Shown here: positions 25,885 through 39,480 of the stretch, one piece after another
Layout of the letters: each line of letters starts with the position of its first letter
How positions within the stretch are numbered: position 1 is the first letter of the stretch
Assembly: GCA_024679065.1 (NCBI GenBank)
Contig: JAGIQG010000008.1
Location: 43,400,001 to 43,464,000 of the forward strand
Direction: 5' to 3'
Length of the DNA stretch: 64,000 bases
Source of the DNA: Sphyrna mokarran
Lineage: Eukaryota
Made by a program: the position numbers and the translations under genes
The notes under the pieces: model-generated
What the model saw: only the letters and a program-made list of their open reading frames with translations
What the model was told of the DNA's origin: nothing
Databases searched by the model: none

Positions 25885-28630
25885 AAATTGTTACAGAGCA
25901 GGAGATGGCCATTCAACTCACCATGCCTATGCTAGCTCTCTGAAATGAACAATTCACCTTATGCTCATTCTCCCCATGACTCTGTATATTCTTCCTTTTC
26001 AGATAATAATCCAATTCGCTCTTGAATCCTTCAGTTAAACCTGCATCCACCATGCTCACAGGCAGTGAATTCCAGACTCTGAGATCAGTCTAATTTAATC
26101 TCCACTCAAAGTCCATTGTGTGACTACTCGCTGTGTGAAAGTTTCTCTTCATTTCTTCATTGCTTCTTTTGCCAATTACCTTAAATCTACGACCTCTTAT
26201 TCGTGATCTTTCATCAGTGGGAAAAATGTGTGTCCAGATCAATCATAATTTTGAATACATCTTTATGAAATTTTCTTTCAGGTTTTTGTTGCACAAGACA
26301 AACACTCTTAATTTCTCCAATCCATCTACATAACTAAAGTTTCTCATTCCTGGAATCATTCTTTTAAAACTTTTCTGCACCCTTTCCAATGCTTTCACAT
26401 CCTTCCCACAGTGCTCAGAACTAGATACAATACTCCAATTGAGGACATTTTAATGCATTGACATAATCCTCTTGCTTTTGTACTCTATGCATCTATTAAT
26501 AATGGCTAGGATACTGTATACTTTATTAATTGCACTCTTAACCCTTCCTATCATCTTCAATGTATACATACACACACACACAGACACACACGCACTCTCT
26601 CTCTCTCTCACAGGTCCTGTGCTCCTGCACTCCCCTTTAGAATTTTACCCTTTATTTTATCTTTGTCTTCTCCCTACCAAAATGAATCTCTGCACAGTTC
26701 TCTGCATTGAATTTTATCGGTCACTTATTCATCCATTCCTCCAACTATGTCCTTTTCAAATTCTACACTATCCTCCTCACTGTTAACATGCTTCCAAATT
26801 TTGTAACATCTGCAATTTTGGGATTTGTGCACTGTACACCAAGGTATGGGTCAATATTGAACAAGAGAAAGAGCAAGGATCCAAACACTGACTCCAGACA
26901 CAGTGACCAATCTTTGTACAATCCAAAAAACTTCCATTAACCACCATTCTATTTCCTGTCGCTCAATGAATTTGGTATCCATGTTGTTACAGTCCCTTTA
27001 TTGACTTTGTTCAGAAGTTTATTGTGTAGCACTATATCAAATGTCCTTTGGAAGTCCATGTACACCACGTCAACAGCACTGTCCTCTCTGTAATCTCTTC
27101 AAAAGATCCTAGCCATCAGTCAAGTCTTGGATTTGCTTCAAGAAGTCCATACTTGTTTTCGTTGATTAATCAACATTTGCTCGAGTGTCGATTCATTTTC
27201 TGCCTAATGATGGTTTCTGAAATCTTTCCAAAGTGGGTGGGATGGGGAGAGAGACAGCACCTGTTCTTGAAAAAGAGTGTAACATTTGCAATTTCCCAGT
27301 CCTCTAGTCCAATGGATAATGGAGATGAGAAAATTGCGGCTAATGTCTCCACAATTTCTACTCTTACTTCCTATTTCCCATCAAGTCCTGGTGCTGTATC
27401 AATGTTAAGTATAGACAGCCTATCCAATAGCTCTTTCTTCTCAATTTTAAACCCTTCAAATGTCTGATTCACCTGCTCTTGCCACCATGACTTGGGTAGC
27501 ATAAGTGTCCTTGGTAATGACAGGAACAAAGTATCAATTATATACCTCAGCTAGGTCTCTTGCCTCTGTGCAAGGGTGTAACATTTGCAAGTCTACATTT
27601 CGGTTCTCAATTAGCCTGACTCCTCCTTTTACAACAATTTTTACTATTTACGTGACTTTAGAAGACTCTAGGATTCCCTTTTATGTTAGCTACCAGGCTC
27701 TTTGATATTCTTTTTTTGCTTCTCTTATTTGCTTTCTCACTTATCCTCTCAACCTTCTATATTCAGCCTGGTTCCTGATGCAATTATCCAACTGGTATCT
27801 TCATTTTAATCTCTATCTTTCTTGCATCCAGAGCACACTAGATTTGTTTGCCAAACCTTTCTCTTTGGAAGTAATGACTGTGCTTGAACAATCTGTTTTG
27901 AAGGTAGCCCATTGTTCTGTGGCCATTTTCCCTGACAACTTTTGCCTCCAGTTTATTTGGCCTAGATCCATTCTGACCCCACTGAATGTAACTTTCCCCC
28001 CATTAATTATTCTTATTCTTGATGTTCGATGTCTTTTCCATAGCCAGCTTTATCTTTATGATACAATGATCACTGTCTCCTAAACGTTTCCCATCTCCTC
28101 TTAATACTTGAGCCACTTAACCCATCTTGTTCCCAAGCAGCAATGCCTTCTTTCTCATTTGATGGAAAGCACTGCAAGAACCATTGCCCCTCTCTGCTCT
28201 TTACATTACTACTATCCCTGTCTATATTTGAATAACTAAAGTCCCCATTAAAACTACTTATTAAAGCTTCCACTTCTCTGTGATTTCTCTGCAAATTTGT
28301 TCCTCTAAATTGTTCCCACTAGTTGGTATCCTATACCCTATACAAAGCAATGTCACTGCACCTTTCTTGTTCCTTATCTTTGCCAAAGAGACTCTGTCCC
28401 TGACCTTTCTGGGACATCCTTTCTCTCTAGCACTGCAATGCTCCTGTTAATCAACACGGCCACCCCTTCCCTTTTTCTTCCTTTTCTGAGCACTTTTTTC
28501 AAGGGTATTTAACACTGTACTATTTTTGAGATTCTTCTTGATAATTTCCCATCATCTTCCTACATTCTAATTACAACATCATATTCCTACTTCTGCCTAT
28601 GCTGTTGGTTCCAATGTGAACAATGACTGC
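25885..28630 (-). mobile_element. Old CR1 LINE (~2.7 kb, endonuclease remnants to 3' UTR)
   Basis: Minus-strand remnants EDWEIANVTLFFK, VYMDFQRTFD, KIADVTKFG and GDFSYSNID. 3' UTR hairpin near 25900-25935. Confidence 0.75.
26569..26610. repeat. Compound (CA)n(CT)n microsatellite
   Basis: acacacacacacagacacacacgcactctctctctctctcaca. Confidence 0.85.
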
Positions 28631-30109
28631 TGGCTATACACCTCATGCCCCCTCATAATACCATTGAAAGTATTATATAAAATTAAGTGTTGCACCAGAG
28701 AGGAAAACATCTCCAAGTTTAATGATAGCATTGGGGGGGGGGGGGAATTGTTTATGTATGAAAAATGATAACCTCAGTATTAAGGTCCTTCAATGTACCA
28801 TAATTAAAATATTTTCAAGTTATACCACATCAAAAAATTCTCTATGTGCAAGAAACCTTTGAACTTTTAAATTATTGCCTGATTTATTAGCCCACATAAA
28901 ATAGGCCACATAATCACTGGAGCTAACGACATAATTTTCAATTATATAATTTAAAGAACATTCCCAGCCATTTAATATGAATAATATTACAGTTGATGGT
29001 GGTCCTTCAAAATGTTTTTATCTGAAATATTTCACCAAAACAGGGTTGCATCTTCTTTCTTTCTCCCTCCCATCCCACTCTCTTGCTACCATGGGATTTA
29101 AGATTATATTATTTCATTGTATAAGTAGTAAACAAAGAGGTAATACTCCAGCTTGATATGCTTGTTAGAAGCATGTTAGAATTCTGAAAGCCTGAAAAAG
29201 AAATAAATCCAGAGGCCAATGTTCTGTAGAAGATCCTTCTTCAATTTCATTCACAACACAATTCTATGCATGTGGCAACGATGAGTGTCAGTGTCTTTAT
29301 TATGGCAAAAAGAAGAAGTGGCTTCAGGGAAACAGGACATCAGCCTATTCTGATTTGTCACTGATCATTCTGGAGTTGAAGTTAAACTCAGTGGACAGAC
29401 ATCATTTGTTGAGGAATAGGTTTGGTATACAAGACTGCATCTGGATATCTGGAACATTAAAAGGTAGACAATGAAAACTGTCCAGTGTTGGATTTTCTAG
29501 AAGCCAGATGTCCACTGTATATCAAATAAGGATATTTAATACTTGGGACAATACCATTGAAAAGCACTAAATGGTAATGAGAGACAAGAACATGTATTAT
29601 TTTGCAGGATTTACTATAAATGGTTTTGAGGAAGAAACAGGTAACTGTTGCTGATATTCTGTACTCCCAACTGGTGGAACCACCATTTCATAGACTATGT
29701 TTGTGATGAACAGGATAGTAGTAATACACATGTGCATTTTATAGTGAGCTTGTTTCTCATAATGTCACTCATGACAAACTCTTATACTTGCAGTTGACTC
29801 AGTGAGGGCTCAAATCCATGCTTCTAAATTGATCTAACAACCAAATAATTACCATGTTCCCTGGGGGTGGAAGATATACAAGGTCTCTTCAGGGTCAAAT
29901 TACCCTCAAAAGCAGATAAGTGGTGATAGAGGTTTGCAACTAAGTTAGCCCTCTTTGACAGGTTCAATAATTTAATACCTGAACTAGACTGTGTGCAGTA
30001 ATCCAGGGCATTATTAGTTATTGGTGAGCCAACAACCCCACAATGGCATCTGGAGGAAACCTGTCACTACCTATTGGGGTTCTTTCCATTTAGTTGCAGA
30101 TAATTCTGA

Positions 30110-30660
30110 TATCTAATGTTAAACTGAACTGTCATTGGACTAATAATCCTGATACCCAGGGAATTACTCCAGAGATGTATTCAAATCTTTCCAGTACAAC
30201 TGGAGGAATTTTAAATCAATTAAAGAATAAATCTGGAATGCAAAATCATTCACAGCAATGATAATCACAAAACTATTAGTTTGGCGTAAAAGACTACATC
30301 CTTTAGAGAAAGAATCTTTACCCAAGCTGGCATACATGTGACTTCAGACTCACACCTGACACCAACTTTCCCCACGAAATCACAGAGCAAGCATTCAATT
30401 GTATCAAATTGCTGTAGGAAAGTCAAACAAGAATAAAATTGCGGAGATCACCTGACACTGATCCAGAAACCATAAACAACAAAAACACACCTGCAGAGTC
30501 AACCTTCAAAGCTCAGCTCAAGACATCTGGGGACTGGTGCAAAATTGAGAAACCTGTCCCACAGATTAGTTAAGCAACAACATGGCCCTACACTCAGTAA
30601 CATACCTTACTGCCAATGTACTAGACTCCTCCATCACCATCCCTCCCTCAGCTGATGAAT
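30110..30660 (+). mobile_element. 5' end of LINE with SINE-like head running into the endonuclease ORF
   Basis: ctgtcattggactaataatc matches 851-870. It then continues into IWGLV..LRNLSHRLVKQQ, similar to 7727-7795. Confidence 0.6.
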
Positions 30661-33075
30661 CAATGGTCCTCCCAAGCCAAACACCAACTGAAACCAAAAT
30701 CAGAGCCGCAGTGACAGAGAACATGACCTGAAGATCATATCTGTCAGCCTGCAACATAAGGTGAGAAAACCAAGAGGAAATATCTCTACTTGACCTTGCC
30801 TCAATTTATCTGCCACAGCTTCATGGTTGAATGGCTATATATAAAAAGAAAATTGGGCCATTTACTGACAACTACATAGAGCAGAAAACCATTATATTCT
30901 CAAAATATTCTATTCACAGTCTGTCTATAAACTGAAGTTTAAATTCAGGGTGTTTATTTTCTTCAATGGGACCATTTTTTTATTCTCTCCCCATTTTGTT
31001 AACCTTCAGTAGCCATTTCCTGCAAGAGAACTTCCTAGCTATGTTAAACGCTTTAAACATTCAATAAACAGTGCATAGGCTGACACCTGACATTCCAGTT
31101 CAAAATTATATGGTAATCTCATTGCGTCATTCACTCTGCCTTGGGAACAGCACTAAACATATTCCCGACAACAATTCTTGTGGTACTGGTACAAGTACCA
31201 ACTGGAATAGATAAGAACTGTTGCTATTAACCTTTGGGCAGCTTCACAGTTCAATTTTTCTTAAAACCCAAAGATCAATCATAAGGTTGCTTGAAGGTCT
31301 GCGAAGATCAAATGGTAGCTACAAACAGTGGAATATTTTTATTTATATTGGTTTGAAAATCAAAGAGGTAGATCATTAAATTAAAAATATTGATAACTGG
31401 ACACCAGCCGCCATAAAATTTCATTAAATATTTTTCACCAACAGCAAATAAATGGTTAAATTATAGTGAACATGCCAATGTTACAAGCTTGAAGCCAAAT
31501 TGACTACAATCTTTGACTGAACACTCAAGAAATCTGCCAAAGAAGCAGTGAATTTAAAATAAAACTAAATGAAAATACCGACAATCTGATTTTTGTATAA
31601 AGCTAGTCAACCAGAAAAGTATTTCACATTCTTAGCAAATATGAGTTCCTTTTGAAAAACATCAACTGTCAGTTGCTGAGAGTGGGAGTTGACAAAATAG
31701 CAGTGATTGGAGGAGCAGCAAGTGTAGGGAAGACAGTTATGCTTTTCCAGTCACAGATTATATCTGGATATAAATGCACGCTCTTTCTTTTGTTCTTTGA
31801 TTTCTGGTGAGATGTTTGGCAAGCTAGTTTTCCAATGGTTCAATGTGTTACTGGCTTTTTCTAGTTCCCTAATGCTGACTATCTATAAAAAGTTGTCTAG
31901 CTGTAGTTCTGGCCATTCCTGACGACCACCATAAAGCAGTCTTTCACCTGCAGTGAACAATTTGTGACCTTTTGGAAGACCAAGGAGAGAAAAGAGAAAA
32001 TAAAAGAATGGGAGAGAGTGTCTATTAGTAACAATGCCAGAGGAGGGCGGGACAAGCTATCACTCAACCTCACATCAGGCCAGTCCTGGTTATAGTTCAT
32101 TTCTGTGGCAGAAGCCGCTGTCAGGAAACTGGAGCAATGCTTCTAATGAAGCTGAATTATCTTGAACAAGATGAGTGAATGGTGTGTTGGTGTGCCTGGG
32201 GAGAAAGGAAGGAGGAAAGGGCTTAGGCAGCAGCAAGTGAATGTAACTGGTCCCTCTCCATCTCCCCTACATCTCTCTTTCTCTTCTATAACTCTGCAAC
32301 AATTAAATAATATAAGCTGCAACATGCAGATGATCTTCGTTTTCAATACAGAACAGGTAGTCAAAACATTGTAATTATGATGGAGGAAAAAACCCTAATC
32401 ACATCTGGGCATATTAAAATTTTAAATAAGACATGTGTCTTTAAAAATGGACATACAAGCCAAAGATGGATGAGGATGTAAATTCTGTCACTGCCTGAAT
32501 GTATATTCTGTCACATGTACATGTGGCGCAATGTGAAGAACATGTTAAAGACATTGCATAATGCTGTTCAAAAAAAATGTGAACACTCTAGTTTACTTAT
32601 AGTCATGGTGGAATAATTTCTTTAATAGTCACACTGCATCATATGTTGCTGTTCTTAATATTAATAACCCATGCTACATATATATTAGACAGTAATTGTA
32701 TGCAGTTGTCAACATGTTGTAATTTTACTAGGACTTATTCTTGTTTGGTGGCTTAATCAGTAACTATTGCAAGACTGAGGGCAAAGGTTAAAATGGGTGT
32801 GTTAGGGATCCAATAAGAGGCACAGAAACAGGATAATCCATTGGGCCCATGATTTCTCTCCTTGGCTGTAATCTAGCCAGATATCTGACTGGTTGCTACC
32901 TCTTGTCCATTAGTGTCAACAACAATAGAAAGATTTTGGTGAATGTGTAGATTCTTATGATTGCAATTAAATGCAGTGGATTGGTGAACCATTATATGAG
33001 ATGAGCCTAACCCTTATTGGCTGTAACATAGATAGACAGGACCAGAAAATCTCAGTCTATTTTAACAAAGGCACA

Positions 33076-33241
33076 TGGGGCAAGATTCTCCAGCCTTCCA
33101 ACAGCATTTTCTGCTGGCAAGAGGAGACACGTTGTTTGCTAGCACTGTCGGTGGGAATTTCCATTGATATCAATACCATACTGGTGGGAAACAGCAGGCA
33201 TGGGTTTGCTGCCGGCAGTGAATGGTCGAAGAGTTCAGGTC
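33076..33241. mobile_element. Short MITE-like element
   Basis: Starts ggggcaagattctcc and ends gagttcaggtc. A GC-richer island that resembles the elements at 46.8-48.6 kb. Confidence 0.4.
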
Positions 33242-33875
33242 ATATGATCTCAACCATGATGGCTGCATTCATGTGTGTGCAACTGTCACTGAATGGGAAA
33301 CTTGTTTACTTTCTAACTTGTGTTAATCGCTCTCACTGCCTTTTCGCCATTCAGTTCTCTGTCTACTCATGGCATTTTTTGCTTGAGCTGGTATTTGAAC
33401 TCTCCAACTTTTGCCACTTTGCAATATGTTCTTTTTGTTGAATTATGGCTTCTTACCATTTCCTCACAGCCAATATTTCTACATAATCTTGCCCAGTTAG
33501 ACCATATGCTTTGTGGGTCATTTATGTGGCTGATACATTAGATTGTACCTTCCACACACCTTGCTCTGTCTGGATGCCTTGGATAAATCACCCATGGTTG
33601 TTGCTTCTCCAAGTACTTGTAGACATTACCTGCCCAACTCCCTTTTTTTTATCTATCCCTTTTTTTATATCAAGTCGATCCTTTTGAAATACCTCTATTG
33701 GAGTCAATACAATTATCGGTTCCATTATTTTCTGCATCTGAAAAATTCCAATCTCTGTCTGAAATCTATTAACAAACTAGTCAATAGTATATTTGAGTTG
33801 TGTCTATAGTCATCAGTTCAAATTGATGAATCCTGAAGTTGACCATAACTCTTAGTTGATCCTCCAGCATACTGT

Positions 33876-35507
33876 ATGAACATAGAACATAGAACACTAC
33901 AGCACAAACAGGCCCTTCGGCCCACAAGTTGTGCCAAACACATCAAAACCTACCCAGCCATAGACCTATCTATAACCCCCATTCCCATTGGATCCCATAT
34001 ACTCATCCAGAAGTCTTTTAAAAGACCCCAGCGAGTTCGCATCGACCACCACCGACGGCAGCCGATTCCATTCACTCACCACCCTCTGAGTGAAAAACTT
34101 TCCCCTAGCATCCCCTCTGTACTTTCTTCCCTGCACCTTAAATCTGTGCCCTCTCGTCGCGACCATTTCAGCCCTGGGAAATAGTCTCTGAGAGTCCACC
34201 CTATCTATTCCTCTCAACATCTTGTAAACCTCTATCAGATCGCCTCTCAACTTCGTCTCTCCAGGGAGAACAGTCCCAGCTCCCTCAAACTGTCTTCATA
34301 AGGCATGCCTCCCAATCCAGGCAACATCCTTGTAAATCTCCTCTGCACCCTTTCAATAGCTTCCACGTCCTTCCTATAGTGAGGCGACCAGAACTGCGCA
34401 CAGTACTCCAAGTGTGGTCTGACAAGGGTCCTATAAAGCTGCAGCATTACCTCCTGACTCCTGAACTCAATCCCTCGATGAATGAAGGCCAGTACACCGT
34501 AATCTTTCTTAACCACATCCTCTACCTGGGAGGCCGATTTGAGAGTCTTATGGACCCGGACCCCAAGATCCCTCTGCTCTTCCACACAGCTAAGACTCCT
34601 ACCTTTGATAGTGTACTCATTCATCCCGTTGGATCTGCCAAAATGGACCACAACACATTTATCCGCGTTGAAGTCCATCTGCCACTTCTACGCCCAGTCT
34701 TGCATCCTGTCGATGTCATGCTGCAACTTCTGACATCCCTCCAGACCATCCACAACACCACCGACCTTTGTGTCATCGGCGAACTTACTCACCCATCCCT
34801 TTACCTCCTCATCCAGGTCATTTATGAAAATGACAAACAGCAAGGGTCCTAGAACAGATCCCTGGGGCACTCCACTGGTGACCGACCTCCATGCAGAAAA
34901 AGAGCCATCCCCAACCACCCTCTGCCTTCTGCAGGCAAGCCAGTTCTGGATCCACAAGGCCAAAGCCCCTTGGATCCCATGGCCTCTCACCTTCTCAAGA
35001 AGTCTTGCATGGGGGACCTTGTCAAATGCCTTGCTGAAGTCCATGTACACCACGTTCACTGCTCTTCCTTCGTCAATGTGTTCAGTCACATTTTCGAAGA
35101 ACTCAATTAAGCTCGTAAGGCACGACCTGCCTTTTACAAAACCATGTTGACTATTTCTAATCAACTTAAACTTCTCCAAATGCTCGTAAACGTTATCCCT
35201 CAGAAGCCTCTCCATCAGCTTACCAACCACTGAGGTCAGACTCACCGGTTGGTAATTTCCAGGACTATCCTTGTTCCCTTTCTTGAAAATAGGGACCACA
35301 TCCGCAATCCTCCAATCCTCCGGAACCTCTCCCGTCTCCATTGACGATGCAAAGATCATCGCCAGGGGCTCTGCAATGACATCCCTCACTTCCCACAATA
35401 ACCTGGGGTACATCCCATCTGGTCCCGGAGACTTGTCTATCTTGATAGCATTTAAAAGTTCTAACACATCCGCTTCCTTAATATCTACATACTCAATCTT
35501 TTCAGTT
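33876..35507 (-). mobile_element. Young CR1 LINE, 1.6 kb, with near-intact RT domain
   Basis: ORFs 34688-35467, 34247-34678 and 33966-34250 (KSPGPDG, QHGF, YMDFSKAFD, GVPQGSVLGP, FADDTK) are broken by one stop and one frameshift. (TTCTATG)n tail. Confidence 0.95.
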
Positions 35508-36647
35508 TAGATGGATCTTTGCAGTCTGTTTCTGTCAGGCAAGAAGTGTTGATATGGTGAAGACCTTAATTGCTAATTACTATCTTTTACTTAACTGCCT
35601 CCTTGTTGGGCTCTGCAACTGCAAGATCAAAGGAGCACAACTTCATATGCTGTCTAATTAATTTGAGATTGTCGAGGAGTCTTTCAATTCATAATTGGAT
35701 ATTTAATTCTCATGGCATCAATATTTCTTGCTTCTTAAGAATTCTCCCTCCCAAGATTTTCATTTTAAGAGGCTTTTCCTCAATAGAAAAAGAACACTGC
35801 TGTACCTGCAGCATTGAACCTTGGCCAAACCTTGAACTCTTGAGACAATGCAGAGAGAGATTTGCCCCATGCAGCTCTTACATATTCAAAGATTCTGCTG
35901 ACCAGCAGTCCCAATTCAGGTCACCTGTTCCAGCTCAATTCTATCAGGATACTGCCTCACTCTCCTGGTATACCAGTTCTTGAGGATGATTTTTGCACTG
36001 GATCTCAAACTTTGTTGTTGCTTTTCTCAGCCAGTGCAAATGTCATCGCAAGCTTTATGGCTTCTGTTTGTTGCCTCACAATGTCACCACTTTGTGACCA
36101 CTACCACTAAATGCTGTCACAGCATTTTGTGTTATTTGCTCTTAATTCAAACACTATAATTGGTTGACAGTCAAAACACAAGGTTCATCTTTCAATAACA
36201 AGTCTCCAGGAGAGCTTTTCATGCATTTGTAAGCATGCTCAGCAACACTGCTCCAAGTCTATATTACTTCCTGTGATATTGTATACCAAATTATTTACAT
36301 ATTCAGCAATGTGGTAAATAGTACGATAAGCTACAAAGCAATATACAAACATTGGCCCTGCTGAAGCTGCAAAGTGAAGGAAAAGGAGAAAGTGTCACCT
36401 CAATACAAAGGTGCATTCAAAAAGTGGGTGAGTTTTGTTTTAAAAGCCAGATCCAGGTGTGTGGCAGGGATCATGGTGCACAGCTGGTGCTATAACTACA
36501 GGGCAGTCAATGCTGTCAACAGGCCTCTCAATGAGCAAGATGAACAGAAAGTTTCCCTCAAGAATCCATTGGGCAGTCACCAAGGTTTAGCTGACCATTT
36601 TCCCTCACAGCCCACCTAACTAAAGAAAGGCAAAATATCATTGAAGG

Positions 36648-36787
36648 CAAGAAGAAAAACTGCTGCCCTTACCCAGTCTGGCCTATATGTGACTCCAGAG
36701 CCACAACTGCCCTCCAAGCGCAACTAGGGATGGTCAATAAATGCTGGCTAACCAAAGATGTCCATGTCCCATGAATGAATAAGAATA
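36648..36787 (+). mobile_element. Deleted copy of the SINE family seen at 831-1208
   Basis: gcccttacccagtctggcctatatgtgactccag...gggatggtcaataaatgctggcta...atgaatgaataa. Confidence 0.65.
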
Positions 36788-36880
36788 AGTTGTTCTCCTT
36801 AACTGGGAAAATAGCTGCCTTAATTGGGTATACATGGGGGCTGGGATGGTTCAAGATAGAGGTTCCTACCACTGGCAAAA

Positions 36881-38092
36881 TGTCAAGATGCAGATTTGTT
36901 GGAATCACTGCCATTAAATGGCAAAAGGTGTTGTTAACATATGATAACATGTAGTTAAGTAATTTGCATTTGTATGTGTATGTGTGTTGAGCATATGGCA
37001 CAGCTTTAAGTTTTAGTTTCATTTTAAAAATTGCCTGTAGATCTGTGGGTTTGTTTAGACAATCCAAAAGAAAAGACAGGCTATAAAACACTGGGCTGTT
37101 GCCTCGTAATAGACAGGCCACCGGGGAACAGAATGCAGTTTGAGTTCAGTCAGAACAAAATAACCCAGAAGTAAGGAGCTTTTCAAAGAAACTGCTGGAA
37201 CAGGGTAATGAAGACATTGCCGGGAGTAGGCCCCAAACTAAAGTTCAGAAAAGGTCCTAAAATCAGGTGAAGGGATAGAAGCAAGTTCCAAGAAGAGCGT
37301 CTATCAAAGGAATAGAGAATGGAGAAAGAAGTTCTGTTTAGTGAAGTTGAGAACAAGGAGCAGAGAGAGACTCTAAAAAAGGCAAAGCTGCAGAAAGCAG
37401 ATGGAAAGCAAAGTAGGCTTGTGAAAGACCAGAGATTCAAGATTATCAGAAGATTGGTGACTTCTTACTACAGCCAGTGAAGGAGTAACATCTTATTGAC
37501 ATGGCTTGGTATTTGAGAGTGTGTGTAGGAGATGAATGCATGTATGCATTTGGTAAACCAGGACAGAGAAACACCGGAAGGAGAGACATTTGAGAAAAGG
37601 CACTGTTTGGGAGATGACTCGAAAACATAAACTTCGAGAAAAAAGATGGGAAACCCTCAAGTGAAAGACAAAGTTCCATTGAGATAAGTTGATTCCTAGT
37701 GTGACAAGCTTCTGATGAGAAATCTAAAGAAGTTGGGTGGCATCTGTCACTTAGTGTGTTTGACCACATTTCACCTGTTAGTTTACAAGGACTGTGTAAT
37801 TACTAAGAACATTATGGTATAAAATTGATTTAGTAACTTGCGTTACCCTTACAAATCTATATATATATATAAAATATGTATTTGTCAAAGCATAGTTGAG
37901 GGTAAAGAAATGATGTATTATAGTTAATCTTTTCTTATTCAATAAATATCTTCTATTTTTAGCTTATCAACTTGTGGAGCTCTGCTTAGTAAACATTCTT
38001 CCAGGTCTACACCAAAAATAGAAAATCTGTGCAGCCAGATTCCATTCTCAGATCTGACTTGTCTGGTAGTAATATCAACTGGGATCATAATG
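36881..38092 (+). mobile_element. Possible solo LTR-like element
   Basis: About 1.2 kb of non-coding sequence that starts TGTC, has a purine-rich body and AATAAA near 37941, and ends gggatcataatg. No second copy is present to confirm it. Confidence 0.3.
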
Positions 38093-38849
38093 TGGAAAAT
38101 TAGATGAAGGTTATTGCTGACAAGTTAAATATTAAGCAATGAATCTAAATAAAAGAGCATAAAAATCTAGCCCTTGGTGATTTGTTATTTATGTGTTACT
38201 GAAACTCCAGAAATGCCCAGAGAATTAGAATTGGGATTATTTTTCAAACTGCTTCTACTTGAATCCAAAATTTATGGTTCAAGAAGCAGGGAGCCAAAAT
38301 GCAACTATAAAAATAAGTGCATTGAATCAACATGCCAAATTGTAAACAGCACAGAGTTCATAGTAGCTAATAAGAGGACACATATCTGCTTCTGTTAACA
38401 ATGAAATTAAATCAAACAGTAAACTTCACTTTGAGTAATGATGTAACAATATTTGAGATGTTCAAGAAACCTTAAAGCTGACAGCGAGTTCACAGAAATG
38501 AAGTAGAATGCAGATTCAAAGCCAAGACCACAAAACATTTCAGAGATGATGGTTCTGACACTTCTCTGTTAGATCTCAGTAAATTCACAGGAATAATAAA
38601 GACCACTGTATGTTTTATGATAGGTAATGATGGATTTCTTTTAAGCCTAGCTGGCAAAAAAATCATGGTTGCTAAGCATAAGCGATGAAATAAAAATCCT
38701 TCAAAAGCAATGTAAGCAAAGGTTTGTTGAAATTGGTGTCCAGTTATGTGAAAATGTGAGTGCGCTAAAAATCATGCAAGTAGTGATATGACACATTTCT
38801 TTAAGTGACTAATAAACTTTAACTTTATTTGAAATCAGGCAAGTAGTGC

Positions 38850-39480
38850 AAGAGAAAGCTCAGCCATCTCCCCTCAACATCACTAACTGAGTGCCCCATC
38901 TTTTATATTTTAGGGAGTTATCACTGATCACAAGCTACGTCTACACAATTGCTACAAGAGCAGGGCAAAGGCTGGGTATTCTGCAACATGTAGCACATAT
39001 CCTGACCTTTCAAATGCTCACCATTAACAAAAGAGGAATTTGATGGAATATTCATCAGTCATTGCAACTCAATAACACTTGAGATGTTCATCACCATCCA
39101 GTATAGATCAGTTAACTTGATCAGTGTCTAGTTTCTGGTTTCAGTAAGAACTTCCTTTATTGTTTATAGTATGCACAATCCACAGGACGCACTACAGCTA
39201 CTCAGCAAACTTAATTAACAACAGCCATCCCAATTAAGATATTCAGAGTAGAAATATTGCAGGAACCCCATCTGCTTAACTTCCATGTGTAACACATGCC
39301 TGTAAGGGGACATCATTTGCCCAAGATCTTGGGAGAAGAAATCAGTGTCATTTTTCATTAGCCAACTATGTACCAGTCCTCCACATTACAATCAACAGCT
39401 CTAAAACCAAATTCGTATTCAAGTCACTTAACTCACCAACTATAACAATAGTATGCACACAATGATTTCAAACAGAAGGC
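38850..39480 (+). mobile_element. Decayed 3' part of CR1-group LINE
   Basis: gctacaagagcagggcaaaggctgggtattctg (ATRAGQRLGIL) and downstream remnants. Confidence 0.5.

Noticed and set aside
32971-33441. 156-aa plus-strand ORF
   Set aside because: It spans a MITE and old repeat-like sequence, and shows no domain or splice support.
34688-35467. 259-aa reverse transcriptase ORF as a retron, DGR or domesticated RT
   Set aside because: It has standard CR1 ORF2 motifs, is 5'-truncated, carries a stop and a frameshift, and ends in a CR1 tail.
34379-35510. Long plus-strand ORFs of 157, 126 and 79 aa
   Set aside because: These are antisense shadows of the CR1 RT frame.
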